Below, piece after piece: positions 45,597 to 55,296 of a stretch of DNA of 64,000 nt. This DNA is from Bacteroidota bacterium. GTDB lineage: Bacteria > Bacteroidota > Bacteroidia > Bacteroidales > GCA-2748055. A program made the translations under genes and the position numbers. Location of the stretch: assembly GCA_030631845.1 (NCBI GenBank), contig DAOVKJ010000001.1, positions 480 through 64,479 on the forward strand, in the 5' to 3' direction. How positions within the stretch are numbered: the first letter of the stretch is position 1; every line of letters begins with the position of its first letter. A model generated the notes under the pieces. That model saw nothing but the letters and a program-made list of their open reading frames with translations. It made no database searches and had not been told where the DNA came from.

Positions 45597-46299
45597 TCAA
45601 CTCTTGAGATATTCAGGCTTTTTGTTCCGGCTTATGGTGCCTGTCCTTCTGCTCTTTTTAACAAACCAGCTTGCCGCACAGGAGACAAAGGTGGTCCGGG
45701 ACCTTCACTTATGGACAGGGGCTGCTGTTGAAAAAACATTTGGAAAGGATTGGACCCTCTCACTGGGAGAGGAGATCAGGTTTAAACACAATATCAGCGA
45801 AATCAATAACTATTTCACTGAGGCCGGAGTGCGTTACCGGATCAACAGGAACTTTGCCCTGGAGGGTGGATACAGGTTTACCAGAGATAGAAAAAAGGAT
45901 AACAGTTATGAAAACCTGACGCGCTACAACCTTGATCTGAGGTACAGGGGGCGACTGGATTTTATCACCATTTACTACCGACTGAGGTACCAGAAAGAGG
46001 TGGAGGGGTTTAACCTGTTTGACCAGGCAATCGACTATGAGAAGTATGTAAGGAACCGCATCAGGATCCGTTACAACGATTTTCAAAAGATCAAACCTTA
46101 TGTTTCGGCGGAGATCTTTCAGCTATTCAGCCCCTGTCAGTTTCCAGCATTCGACTACATCCGTCTGCTCGCAGGCATCAAATATGAGCCGGGTAACATG
46201 GGATCGTTCAATTTTGCCTACGGATTCAACAGGGAATTTTACAGAGTGGAGCCAGCCATGATCTACCAGTTCAAAATAAACTACACCTACCAGTTTTGA
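45586..46299 (+). CDS. DUF2490-like outer-membrane beta-barrel protein
   Basis: A signal peptide ends in AAQE. Alternating aromatic beta-strand patterns run through the protein, and the C-terminus is YTYQF. It overlaps both neighbouring genes. Confidence 0.65.
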   Translation: MKNSQLLRYSGFLFRLMVPVLLLFLTNQLAAQETKVVRDLHLWTGAAVEKTFGKDWTLSLGEEIRFKHNISEINNYFTEAGVRYRINRNFALEGGYRFTRDRKKDNSYENLTRYNLDLRYRGRLDFITIYYRLRYQKEVEGFNLFDQAIDYEKYVRNRIRIRYNDFQKIKPYVSAEIFQLFSPCQFPAFDYIRLLAGIKYEPGNMGSFNFAYGFNREFYRVEPAMIYQFKINYTYQF

Positions 46300-47834
46300 T
46301 TGGTCATGGTTATCATAAATGGATTCTCATCCTGTTGGTTCTAACCGGCGTGCTCTTAAGGAGTTGTTATAAGGAAGAGGTGATCGAAGAGCCGGAAGAG
46401 TGGAACCTGCCGGAAAGGGTGGTTGCATTTGATCAGGTATATGCCTTTACCGATATGGAGGAGCATATGTTGCTCTACACACTGCCATCCGATACCATCA
46501 TATCATTCACACCCCATGTGAGATTTGGTAATTATTACTCAATAAGCATCAATGGTATCGAACTTAGAGACGGTGAAGAGAATGACCTTGAAGAGGTGGT
46601 GGTCAACCATCCATACACTGTTGTTGCTCAGAATAGTGAGGGAAGAAACACTTTTCAACTCTACTTCACCAACCTACCGATGGTTCATATTTATACAGAA
46701 ACGGAGATTCCGGATGAGCCCAAGGTGATCTCCCGGGCTGAGATACAGTATGTGATAGACTATATCGGGGAACCTCAAACGTTACTTTTTCAAACATTTG
46801 CCGGGATCGAAATTCGTGGCAGAACTTCAGCCCAGCATGAAAAAAAGTCCTATGGTCTGGAATTATGGGAGAACAGGAACGGGAGTGATCACTCCGCACC
46901 ACTTCTGGGTATGAGGTATGGCGAGGACTGGATTCTGGATGCCATGTACATTGATCCCCTTCGTATGCGTAATAAACTCTCCTTTGAAATCTGGGAGAAG
47001 ATGTGGAGCGGAAAGAGTGAGACACCCTGGAGAACTGTCAACCCGGGTATCCGGAGTGAATATGTTGAGCTCTTTATAAATCAACGGTATATGGGGCTAT
47101 ACAGCCTCTCTGAAAGGCTGGATGAAACATTGATCAACCTCTCTGCGGGTCGGCCCGGAGCGGAGAGCGTTATATATAAGGCCATCAGCTGGGAAGGAGG
47201 TTCAACCGCTTTTCAAACCTATAACAGTGAGCCCGAAGAGTCGATGATCTGGGAGGGGTGGGAACAGGTCTACCCGGATCATCTCTTTTGTTGGGAGCCC
47301 CTGGCTGAGTTAAGAAAAATGGTGGTTCTGGATGAGAATGAACTGTTTACTGAGAAGATCGACAGCTTGATTGACCTGGAGTGTGCGGCAGATTATTACC
47401 TCTTTATTAACTTGTTGCTGGCACATGACAATATTATTAAAAATTACTACCTGGCCAGGTACCCGGATGAATCCCGTTTCCTGATACTGCCCTGGGACAT
47501 GGAGGGCTCCCTGGGAATTATGTGGAATGGCAGAGATTATAAAACGGAAGGTATCCTGGAAAATAACCTTTACAACCGGCTCAGAGAGCTGGATGTGAAG
47601 GGGTTCAATGATCTGCTGGAAAACAGGTGGAACAGCTACAGGGAATCGATCTTTCTGCTGGACTCACTGCTGGCACCTGCCCGGCGCTATACCGGTCTTC
47701 TGAAACGGAGTGGTGCCATTGAACGTGAAAATGGCCGATGGCAGGGTGTGGAGATCGATATTGACTACGAACTCCTCTACCTTTCGCAGTGGACCACACT
47801 ACGTCTTGCATATCTCGACCAGGTTTTCGACTGA
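46296..47834 (+). CDS. CotH kinase-family lipoprotein (paralogue 2)
   Basis: A TTG start overlaps the upstream stop (TTGA). The lipobox-like sequence is VLLRSC. The CotH-type region reads LLLAHDNIIKNYYLAR...ILPWDMEGSLG. Confidence 0.7.
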   Translation: MIGHGYHKWILILLVLTGVLLRSCYKEEVIEEPEEWNLPERVVAFDQVYAFTDMEEHMLLYTLPSDTIISFTPHVRFGNYYSISINGIELRDGEENDLEEVVVNHPYTVVAQNSEGRNTFQLYFTNLPMVHIYTETEIPDEPKVISRAEIQYVIDYIGEPQTLLFQTFAGIEIRGRTSAQHEKKSYGLELWENRNGSDHSAPLLGMRYGEDWILDAMYIDPLRMRNKLSFEIWEKMWSGKSETPWRTVNPGIRSEYVELFINQRYMGLYSLSERLDETLINLSAGRPGAESVIYKAISWEGGSTAFQTYNSEPEESMIWEGWEQVYPDHLFCWEPLAELRKMVVLDENELFTEKIDSLIDLECAADYYLFINLLLAHDNIIKNYYLARYPDESRFLILPWDMEGSLGIMWNGRDYKTEGILENNLYNRLRELDVKGFNDLLENRWNSYRESIFLLDSLLAPARRYTGLLKRSGAIERENGRWQGVEIDIDYELLYLSQWTTLRLAYLDQVFD

Positions 47835-47858
47835 AACTCCGTCCCGGAATGAACCGGA

Positions 47859-49436
47859 TCAGAATTCGGAAGTGAAGTGAAAGGTGATCTCCGGGAAATT
47901 ATCCCTTGCCATCTGCAGGGCGTAGGGCGATTCGGCCATATAGACCTCACGACCCTCTTTGTCGGTAGCCAGCTGCTGGTACTTCCTGAGCCGGAAATCT
48001 TTCAGTTTTTCAGTATTTTCTGTCTCTATCCAACACGCTTTGTGCATGGGGAGCTGCTCATACCTGCATTTCGCTCCATACTCATGCTGAAGCCTGTACT
48101 GGATCACATCGAACTGAAGTGCGCCCACCGTGCCGATGATTTTCCGGCCATTGGCTACACTCACAAATAGCTGTGCAACCCCCTCATCCATCAACTGCTC
48201 CAGCCCCTTGGCCAGTTGCTTGAATTTCATGGGATCGTCATTTTCCACATAGCGGAACATCTCCGGAGAAAAACTGGGCATTCCCTGGAACTGCAGCTTC
48301 TCCCCTTCCGTTACCGCATCGCCGATCTTGAAATTGCCGGTATCGTGAACACCTACAATATCGCCGGGATATGCCTCATCGATCACCGATTTCTTCTCTG
48401 CCATAAAGGATGTGGGACTTGAAAACTTCATCTTTCTCCCACTCCTTACATGTACATAGGTTCTGTTTCGTTCAAACTTACCTGAGACAATCTTAATGAA
48501 GGCAATGCGGTCGCGGTGATTGGGATCCATATTGGCATGGATCTTAAATACAAAACCTGCAAACTTCTCTTCAGCAGGCTCGATCTTCCGCTGTTCTGTC
48601 TCGATGATACCGGGTGAAGGAGCCATCTGGATAAAACAGTCCAGTATATCCCGGACACCGAAATTGTTCAGAGCACTTCCAAAGAAGAGCGGAGCCGTAC
48701 TGCCAGCCAGGTAATCTTCCCTGTTAAACTCGGGATAGACCCCTTCGATCAGTTCCAGCTCCTCCTGCAGGCGATCGGTATGTGGTGCAATATGTTTTTG
48801 AAATTCCGGGTCCTCCAGGTCATTAAACTCCACCAGTTCGCCAATGATCTGCTTGCTGTTGCTGCTGAAGGAACGAAAGGTCTGGTCGAACCGGTTGTAG
48901 ACGCCTCTGAAATCGGGTCCCATGCTGACCGGCCAGCTTAACGGGTGGACATGGATCTCCAGTTCCTGCTCAATTTCGTCGAGCAGTTCAAAAGGGTCCA
49001 GTGCCGGACGGTCCAGTTTATTGACAAATACCATGACCGGAGTTTTACGCATCCGGCAAACATTCATCAGTTTCCGGGTCTGGGCCTCCACCCCCTTGGC
49101 AGCATCGATCACAATAATCACACTATCGGCCGCTGTAAGGGTTCTGAAAGTATCTTCAGCAAAGTCCTGGTGGCCCGGTGTATCCAGGATGTTGATTTTC
49201 TTCCCGCCATATTCAAATCCCATCACAGAAGTGGCCACGGAGATCCCCCGCTGTTTCTCTATCTCCATGAAATCGGAGGTGGCAGTTTTCTTTATCTTAT
49301 TGGACTTAACAGCACCGGCCACATTAATGGCTCCCCCGAACAGTAGAAACTTCTCGGTCAGTGTGGTTTTACCTGCATCGGGGTGACTAACAATTGCAAA
49401 TGTTCTTCGCCTCTCTATCTCTTCTTTTAACTTCAT
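47859..49436 (-). CDS. prfC: Peptide chain release factor 3
   Basis: From the ATG at 49436 the protein reads MKLKEEIERRRTFAIVSHPDAGKTTLTEK and is 525 aa. The track's 123-codon upstream extension has non-protein-like composition. Confidence 0.95.
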   Translation of the reverse strand: MKLKEEIERRRTFAIVSHPDAGKTTLTEKFLLFGGAINVAGAVKSNKIKKTATSDFMEIEKQRGISVATSVMGFEYGGKKINILDTPGHQDFAEDTFRTLTAADSVIIVIDAAKGVEAQTRKLMNVCRMRKTPVMVFVNKLDRPALDPFELLDEIEQELEIHVHPLSWPVSMGPDFRGVYNRFDQTFRSFSSNSKQIIGELVEFNDLEDPEFQKHIAPHTDRLQEELELIEGVYPEFNREDYLAGSTAPLFFGSALNNFGVRDILDCFIQMAPSPGIIETEQRKIEPAEEKFAGFVFKIHANMDPNHRDRIAFIKIVSGKFERNRTYVHVRSGRKMKFSSPTSFMAEKKSVIDEAYPGDIVGVHDTGNFKIGDAVTEGEKLQFQGMPSFSPEMFRYVENDDPMKFKQLAKGLEQLMDEGVAQLFVSVANGRKIIGTVGALQFDVIQYRLQHEYGAKCRYEQLPMHKACWIETENTEKLKDFRLRKYQQLATDKEGREVYMAESPYALQMARDNFPEITFHFTSEF

Positions 49437-49498
49437 CCTTGAAAATGAGCGGCAAAGATAATAATTCCTATTTTGGGAGCCTATTAAGATCAATATAA

Positions 49499-49966
49499 AT
49501 GGAGGATATAAAAAAAGAGGGGCGCTATACCCGTATTCATAAACAATTGGAAGCACTGTTACCAAAAACAGAAGATCCGCTGGCCAGGATGGCCACCATC
49601 TGCGCAGTTTTGCATCATAAAATGGATCACTTTTTCTGGACAGGATTTTATATGTTGAAATCGGGCAAACTGGTTGTGGGCCCCTACCAGGGTCCTGTAG
49701 CCTGCCAGGAACTTGAGAATGAGAAAGGAGTTTGTTGGGCTGCTCTGAATGCAGCTGCCCCCGTTGTTGTACCGGATGTTCATGCCTTCCCTGGACATAT
49801 CGCATGCGACTCCAGATCCAAATCAGAGATTACGCTGCCGGTTTTTAATCAAAAGGGGGAGATCGTTGCAATCTTTGATGTTGATTCTGACCACCCTGAT
49901 TCATTTAGCGAAGTAGACAAGCTTTCGCTCACCGGTATGATGGAGATGATTTATAAGGAATTCTGA
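49499..49966 (+). CDS. GAF-domain protein of the free methionine-(R)-sulfoxide reductase (MsrC/YebR) type
   Basis: 155 aa. FFWTGFYML...VGPYQGPVAC is typical of this family. Confidence 0.75.
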   Translation: MEDIKKEGRYTRIHKQLEALLPKTEDPLARMATICAVLHHKMDHFFWTGFYMLKSGKLVVGPYQGPVACQELENEKGVCWAALNAAAPVVVPDVHAFPGHIACDSRSKSEITLPVFNQKGEIVAIFDVDSDHPDSFSEVDKLSLTGMMEMIYKEF

Positions 49967-49975
49967 GACTGAGGT

Positions 49976-50356
49976 CTATGCCGTCAGCTCCCTGATCTTC
50001 TCCCTGATCTTCTCCACAGAATAGGGCTTGGTCACCAGTTCATCAAACCCGGCATCTGAATAATCATCGAAAAAAAGCTCCGGGTTATGTGCTGTAAGGG
50101 CAATCACAGGAATGGCATTAAGGGGTGGTGGCAGCTCATTGCGGATATACTGGGTTGTTTCAACACCGTTCATCACCGGCATCTCAATATCCATAAACAC
50201 CATATGAATCTCCTGGCTATTCAGAATCTCAATGGCCTCCTCCCCGTTCTCAGCTAAAATAACTTCATTTCCCGTTAATTTAATGAGCTCGGAAAGAAGG
50301 TAACGATTGGTGAATATATCATCTACTACCAGAATTCTCAGCATAGTCAGGCACAT
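49976..50356 (-). CDS. Stand-alone response-regulator receiver domain protein
   Basis: ILVVDD...MDIEMPVMNG...ALTA are receiver motifs, and there is no output domain. The start may instead be the ATG at 50344. Confidence 0.85.
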   Translation of the reverse strand: MCLTMLRILVVDDIFTNRYLLSELIKLTGNEVILAENGEEAIEILNSQEIHMVFMDIEMPVMNGVETTQYIRNELPPPLNAIPVIALTAHNPELFFDDYSDAGFDELVTKPYSVEKIREKIRELTA

Positions 50357-50417
50357 TTAGAGACAGGTGATAAAAATAGAAAATATTAACTAAATTTAGT
50401 GCTTACAGCAGCAGTGG

Positions 50418-52676
50418 ATGTTAGAATTGGATAAAAAAGAGATGATCATCCGTTACAGTGCAATTGGATTTGTACTGGGAGTAGTGCTAACAATCATTGA
50501 ATACGGTCTTCTGCTCCATGCACGGGAAACACCATTCTCATTCAGGCTGATTGCACAACTTCATGGCGATTTCCCCATCCTGTACTTGCTCGATTTCCTG
50601 GCCATTCCCTCTCTGCTTTTCGGACTATTTGTTGCCAGCTGGCGTTATAAACAGCTTGATACACTCTCTGAAAGGATCAGGCAGGAGACCGATAAAAATG
50701 AGGAGATCAAACGATTTACCCATGCCCTGATAGCCGGGGATCTGAATAGTTCTGTGGAGCTGACTTTGACCGAACAGACCCTATCTGATACCCTGAATAA
50801 ATTGAAAGATTCGCTCATACGGAACCGGGAGATGGAACGGCAGCGTCGTCTGGATGAACGCCAGAGAAACTGGATCTCGGAAGGACTGGCCGAATTCGGG
50901 GATATCCTTCGGAAACACTCCCTGGAGATGGAGACCATGACAAATGCCGTGATTTCGGGGTTGGTGAAGTACCTCGAAGCCAACCAGGGAGCTGTTTTTC
51001 TTGCGCGGGAAGCTGAGGGGGAGAAATACCTGGAGATGGTGGCGTGTCATGCCTATGACCGAAAGAAATTTCCAGATAAACGGGTGGCATGGGGCGATGG
51101 TCTGATCGGGGCTGCTGCGGTTGAGAGACAGGGATATTATACAGATAAGATCAGAGATGGATACCTGACCATCACTTCGGGTCTGGGCAAAGCCAACCCC
51201 AGCTATCTTCTGATTGAACCTTTGGTCTGGAATGACCAGGTATTCGGGATCATTGAGATGGCCTCTTTCAACCGGATGGAAGATTATCAGATTCAGTTTG
51301 TACAGCGTGTGGCCGAAAATATAGCCACCACCATCAATACCATGGAGAGCAACCTGCGTACAGAGCAGCTCCTGAGAGAGACCAGGGCGCAGGCAGATCA
51401 GCTGGTGATTCAGGAAGAGCAGGTGAGGCATAACATGGAGGCCCTGAAACTGGCTCAGGAGAAGGGCGCCAAGCAGGCGGAGATCTTTATCAGTTTTACC
51501 AATACGGTGAACCACACCCTGATGCGTGCGGAGTACAATACGGATGGGAATTTGCTCTATGCCAACACCAGGTTCCTGAAAAAACTGGGATATTCGGGAA
51601 ACAGGGAGGTAGAAGGGAAACATATCTCCATGTTTATCAATGAGAAGGACCGTACCTGGTTCAATTCACTCTGGGTAAAACTTTCAAAGGGAGGACGACA
51701 CTTTGAAGGCTATATGAAGCATGAGACCAAAATGGGCCAGGACCTCTGGACCATGGCTACTTATACCGGCGTAAGGAGCGACGACGGTAGTGTGGAAAAG
51801 ATCCTCTTCCTGGCCATCGACTCCACAGAGCAGAAGAAACAGAGCCTTGACTATGAGAGCCAGATAGAGGCCATTGACCGCCTCAATGCCAAGGCGATCT
51901 TCACTCCCGATGGGAAACTTCAATTGAGCAACACACTGTTTGGAAGCTCTTTGAACTACACCGATATGGAACTGGCCCAGATGAATGTTTTTGATTTTTT
52001 CGGAACCGCTGAGCAGGAACGATTCAATGAGATCTGGGAAAATGTGATCCGGGGTGAAGCGTTCCAGGGGCAGCTGAAAATGCAATCCAAGTTTGAGGAG
52101 GAGTTATGGTTCAGAGCCACTTTTCTCTCTGTAGATGACATGTATGGTGAGGTGGAGAAAGTGATATTCCTGGCCAATGAGATTTCAAAAGAGAAAGAGA
52201 TGGAGCTTGCTTCCAGGAAGCAGCATGAAAAACTGATCCGCAAAGAGGAAGAGCTGCGCCTTGCCACTCTCGATCTAAAGAAGAAGCTGGAAGATACCAA
52301 CCTCCTGAGGAAACAGGAGATCGTAAAGTTTGAGAAAGAGGTTAAACAGTATATCCATGTGTTGGAAGAGTTGCCTTACAGTGTGATTACCATCAACAAC
52401 CTGGGGTTTGTACTCTTTTTTAACAGGCATGCAGAGAAGCGTTGGAAAATGAAGCAGAAGGAGGTCATTGGCAACAGGGTTGAAAAACTTTTCCCTTCAG
52501 AGAACTCATCGGATATCATTGCAGGTTTTATCGATCCGTCCAAATCTAAAACAACAGGGATATTCAAGGAGCAGGAGCTGCAGCTGCCTGGCCGCCCGCC
52601 CAAATCAGGCACCATCATGGTGATCAGCACCGACCTGGTGGATGAGCTGCTCTACTCACTCATTATTCTGCAGTGA
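50418..52676 (+). CDS. Membrane-anchored GAF plus multi-PAS sensor protein without a recognisable output domain
   Basis: N-terminal hydrophobic helices and a coiled coil precede a GAF-like segment (ANQGAVFLAREAEG...GLIGAAAVE...). At least three PAS-like repeats follow. I found no H-box, HATPase, GGDEF or EAL motif. Confidence 0.7.
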   Translation: MLELDKKEMIIRYSAIGFVLGVVLTIIEYGLLLHARETPFSFRLIAQLHGDFPILYLLDFLAIPSLLFGLFVASWRYKQLDTLSERIRQETDKNEEIKRFTHALIAGDLNSSVELTLTEQTLSDTLNKLKDSLIRNREMERQRRLDERQRNWISEGLAEFGDILRKHSLEMETMTNAVISGLVKYLEANQGAVFLAREAEGEKYLEMVACHAYDRKKFPDKRVAWGDGLIGAAAVERQGYYTDKIRDGYLTITSGLGKANPSYLLIEPLVWNDQVFGIIEMASFNRMEDYQIQFVQRVAENIATTINTMESNLRTEQLLRETRAQADQLVIQEEQVRHNMEALKLAQEKGAKQAEIFISFTNTVNHTLMRAEYNTDGNLLYANTRFLKKLGYSGNREVEGKHISMFINEKDRTWFNSLWVKLSKGGRHFEGYMKHETKMGQDLWTMATYTGVRSDDGSVEKILFLAIDSTEQKKQSLDYESQIEAIDRLNAKAIFTPDGKLQLSNTLFGSSLNYTDMELAQMNVFDFFGTAEQERFNEIWENVIRGEAFQGQLKMQSKFEEELWFRATFLSVDDMYGEVEKVIFLANEISKEKEMELASRKQHEKLIRKEEELRLATLDLKKKLEDTNLLRKQEIVKFEKEVKQYIHVLEELPYSVITINNLGFVLFFNRHAEKRWKMKQKEVIGNRVEKLFPSENSSDIIAGFIDPSKSKTTGIFKEQELQLPGRPPKSGTIMVISTDLVDELLYSLIILQ

Positions 52677-53226
52677 TCCACGATATAATCTCTTTACATT
52701 CAGGTTTTCTCCAGGGAGGTACATGTCCCACAAGAGTTCCCCCTTCATCGATCATAAACTTCTGGAAGTTCCAAGTAACCCGGCTCTCCTCCACCCCGTT
52801 CTCTGATGCTTCGGTAAGCCATTTGTAGAGGGAATGCTTCTGCTCCCCCTTTACTGTAATTTTGGCCATTACCGGAAAAGTAATCTCATATTTTGTGGAG
52901 CAGAATGTGGCAATCTCACTGTTGCTCCCTGGATCCTGACTACCGAAATCATTGCTGGGAAATGCCAGAATGATAAAATCATCCCCGCCATACATCCTGT
53001 ACAGCCTCTCTAACCCTTCGTACTGCGGAGTGAGTGCACATTTGGAAGCTGTATTGACCACCAGCACCTTTTTTCCCTGCAGTTGAGCGAGATCAAACTC
53101 CTCTCCATGCAGATCCTCCACGGAAAAATCGTAAAAGCTTTGTTGTGCCATCAGCTCCTGCAATGGCAGTAGCGAAAAAAAAGCAAATCCGAAGAGAGTT
53201 AAAAAGGTAGTCTGCAACCGTCTCAT
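52663..53226 (-). CDS. Glutathione peroxidase family protein (Cys-type, secreted)
   Basis: NTASKCALTPQY, FPSNDFGSQDPG and WNFQKFMID motifs are present, along with a signal peptide. Confidence 0.9.
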   Translation of the reverse strand: MRRLQTTFLTLFGFAFFSLLPLQELMAQQSFYDFSVEDLHGEEFDLAQLQGKKVLVVNTASKCALTPQYEGLERLYRMYGGDDFIILAFPSNDFGSQDPGSNSEIATFCSTKYEITFPVMAKITVKGEQKHSLYKWLTEASENGVEESRVTWNFQKFMIDEGGTLVGHVPPWRKPECKEIISWITAE

Positions 53227-53312
53227 CTGTAATCTTGATAATATAATGTTGAAACAACAGATTCCATCGCTTGTTCATACTTTTGCCTTAAATTTGAGGC
53301 ATTGGCACTCAT

Positions 53313-53585
53313 ATGTACAGTCAGTTCGAAATCATAGTATTTGGAAGAGTTCAGGGAGTTGGATTCAGAGCAGCCGCAAGAAATCAGGCCCGATCTCTGC
53401 GATTAAGAGGCTGGGTTGAGAACCTCGCAGATGGATCGGTCAGGGCAGTGGTTAACGGAGATGCTGAGAGATGTACCCGGTTTATCAACTGGTGCAGAGA
53501 GGGAACCGGTTTCAGTTGGGTAGAGCGTATTGATATTGAGGAGATGAAGCCCGAATCACTGGGGCCTTTTGTCATCAGGTATTAG
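53313..53585 (+). CDS. acyP: Acylphosphatase
   Basis: 90 aa with VFGRVQGVGFR and GWVENLADGSV motifs. Confidence 0.9.
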   Translation: MYSQFEIIVFGRVQGVGFRAAARNQARSLRLRGWVENLADGSVRAVVNGDAERCTRFINWCREGTGFSWVERIDIEEMKPESLGPFVIRY

Positions 53586-55296
53586 CCGTCCTACGCGCTT
53601 TTCGCCTGATTAGCGCCACCATACTGCTGAAGGTCAACCAGGTGGTAAGGCCCAGAATCAACCCGGAGAGCAGTACCAGCAGCAGCTCGTCGTCCCTCAA
53701 AAAACCTACCAGGTTCTCTACCATGGCCCACAAAGTCAGAAACAGGATAACTATCATCGGAAGAAGTGTGTACCAGACCGGAATTTTCCTGGATGCCAGG
53801 TAGACAGTGACCACTCCCAATGCCAGTGCAGCCATCAGCTGATTCAATGACCCGAATAGAGGCCAGAGCACCATCGCCCCCTGTCCCCCGGGTTCAAAGA
53901 AGGTCATAGCCGCAGCAGCAATAACAATCAGAAAAGTTGCCATGTATCGATTATTTACTGGCCTCCGGATCGTTCCGTCAGGTTTGGAAAAAATCTCCTG
54001 AAGGGAGATTCGTTGGATCCGGGCAGCAGAATCGAGTGTGGTGTTGGCAAACGATACAATAAATACAACCACAAATGCTGCCCCGTATTTCACCGGTACT
54101 CCCAGTGAAGAGAAGAGATTGGCAGAGCCTATAATAAATGCATCCAGCTTGGCCGACAGACCGCTGGCAGAGGACCATGAGGCATAGTGATGCTGATAAG
54201 CATCCACACCTGTTAACACGCCTCCATCCGTTTCAAGTCTCATTCCCAGTCCGGCCCCAACAGCAATAATCACCAGCACTGCAAGAAAGCTCTCCATAAT
54301 CATTGCGCCGTAACCCACCGGCAGGGTATCCATCTCATTGTCCACCTGCTTGACGGTGGTTCCTGAACTGGCCAGTGAGTGAAAGCCAGAAATGGCCCCA
54401 CACGCAATCACAATAAAGAGAAGGGGTGCCAGATCAGGCACATCCGAATCTGGTAAAAATGAATTTGCGTTAATGGCAGGAGCTGAAAATTCGGGATGCG
54501 ATATAAAAATCCCAATGATAAGAAGTGCCATGGCCACCAACAACTGATGTGAGTTGATATAGTCGCGGGGCTGTAGCAGCTTTTGCACGGGAATGGTGGA
54601 TGCAAAAAAGAGATAGATGAAGAGCACAATACACCATACCACAACCGAAACCTCACTGCTCCATGGCAACGAAACAGGAAAACGCACACCGATTAGAACA
54701 AAAGCATAAAGCATCAGAAGTGCAGCAATGGACCATATCAGTTCATTCTTTCCCTGCCTGATCTTCCAACCCAACCAGACAGCTACCGGAATTTGAGCCC
54801 ATACCGGGATCACAGCCTCAGGGTAGGTTACAAAGAGCGAACCTACAATCATAGCAAAAACAGCCAGAACAATAAAGAGCAGTAACTGCATAATGAACTG
54901 CAGGGCATACCTGGCAGAGGGACTGATAATATCTGCTGTAAGTTCTCCTACAGACTTTCCCCTGTTCCTGGCAGAGACCACCAGTGTGGAGAAGTCGTGT
55001 ACCGCCCCCATAAATATACTCCCGAAAAAGACCCATAAAAATGCGGGAAGCCAGCCCCAGATAACTCCTATGGCGGGTCCGACGATAGGTCCCAGACCGG
55101 CAATGGTGGTGAAGTGGTGACCAAAAACAATATTTGGTTTGGCAGGGACAAAATCGATCCCGTCTTTGAATTCATGTGCCGGCATCAGCCGTTGGGCCGA
55201 CAATTGAAACACCTTTCGACCAATGAACCTGCCATAAAACCTGTAAGCAAGCAGGTAACCGATCATTGCAAGCAGAACAAGAATCAGGCTGTTCAT
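53575..55296 (-). CDS. cstA: Carbon starvation protein A (CstA family transporter)
   Basis: The protein is polytopic and contains GHHFTTIAGLGPIVGPAIG. I prefer the start at 55296 (MNSLILVLLAMIGY...), which forms an ATGA overlap with the upstream stop. Confidence 0.9.
   Translation of the reverse strand: MNSLILVLLAMIGYLLAYRFYGRFIGRKVFQLSAQRLMPAHEFKDGIDFVPAKPNIVFGHHFTTIAGLGPIVGPAIGVIWGWLPAFLWVFFGSIFMGAVHDFSTLVVSARNRGKSVGELTADIISPSARYALQFIMQLLLFIVLAVFAMIVGSLFVTYPEAVIPVWAQIPVAVWLGWKIRQGKNELIWSIAALLMLYAFVLIGVRFPVSLPWSSEVSVVVWCIVLFIYLFFASTIPVQKLLQPRDYINSHQLLVAMALLIIGIFISHPEFSAPAINANSFLPDSDVPDLAPLLFIVIACGAISGFHSLASSGTTVKQVDNEMDTLPVGYGAMIMESFLAVLVIIAVGAGLGMRLETDGGVLTGVDAYQHHYASWSSASGLSAKLDAFIIGSANLFSSLGVPVKYGAAFVVVFIVSFANTTLDSAARIQRISLQEIFSKPDGTIRRPVNNRYMATFLIVIAAAAMTFFEPGGQGAMVLWPLFGSLNQLMAALALGVVTVYLASRKIPVWYTLLPMIVILFLTLWAMVENLVGFLRDDELLLVLLSGLILGLTTWLTFSSMVALIRRKARRTANT

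Noticed and set aside
49437-49805. N-terminal extensions of track ORFs: prfC to 49805, the outer-membrane protein to 35521, the hypothetical protein to 19337, yfcC from 32534, the TBDR to 12657 and the kinase to 32634
   Set aside because: The extensions overlap neighbouring genes or promoters and lack protein-like sequence. Internal ATGs give canonical N-termini or signal peptides.
50781-51623. 280-aa ORF antisense within the GAF/PAS gene, plus similar antisense ORFs at 38796..39455, 56949..57596, 32677..33222 and 62567..63121
   Set aside because: All are embedded antisense to genes with clear family motifs. They have no independent signals and the translations are not protein-like.
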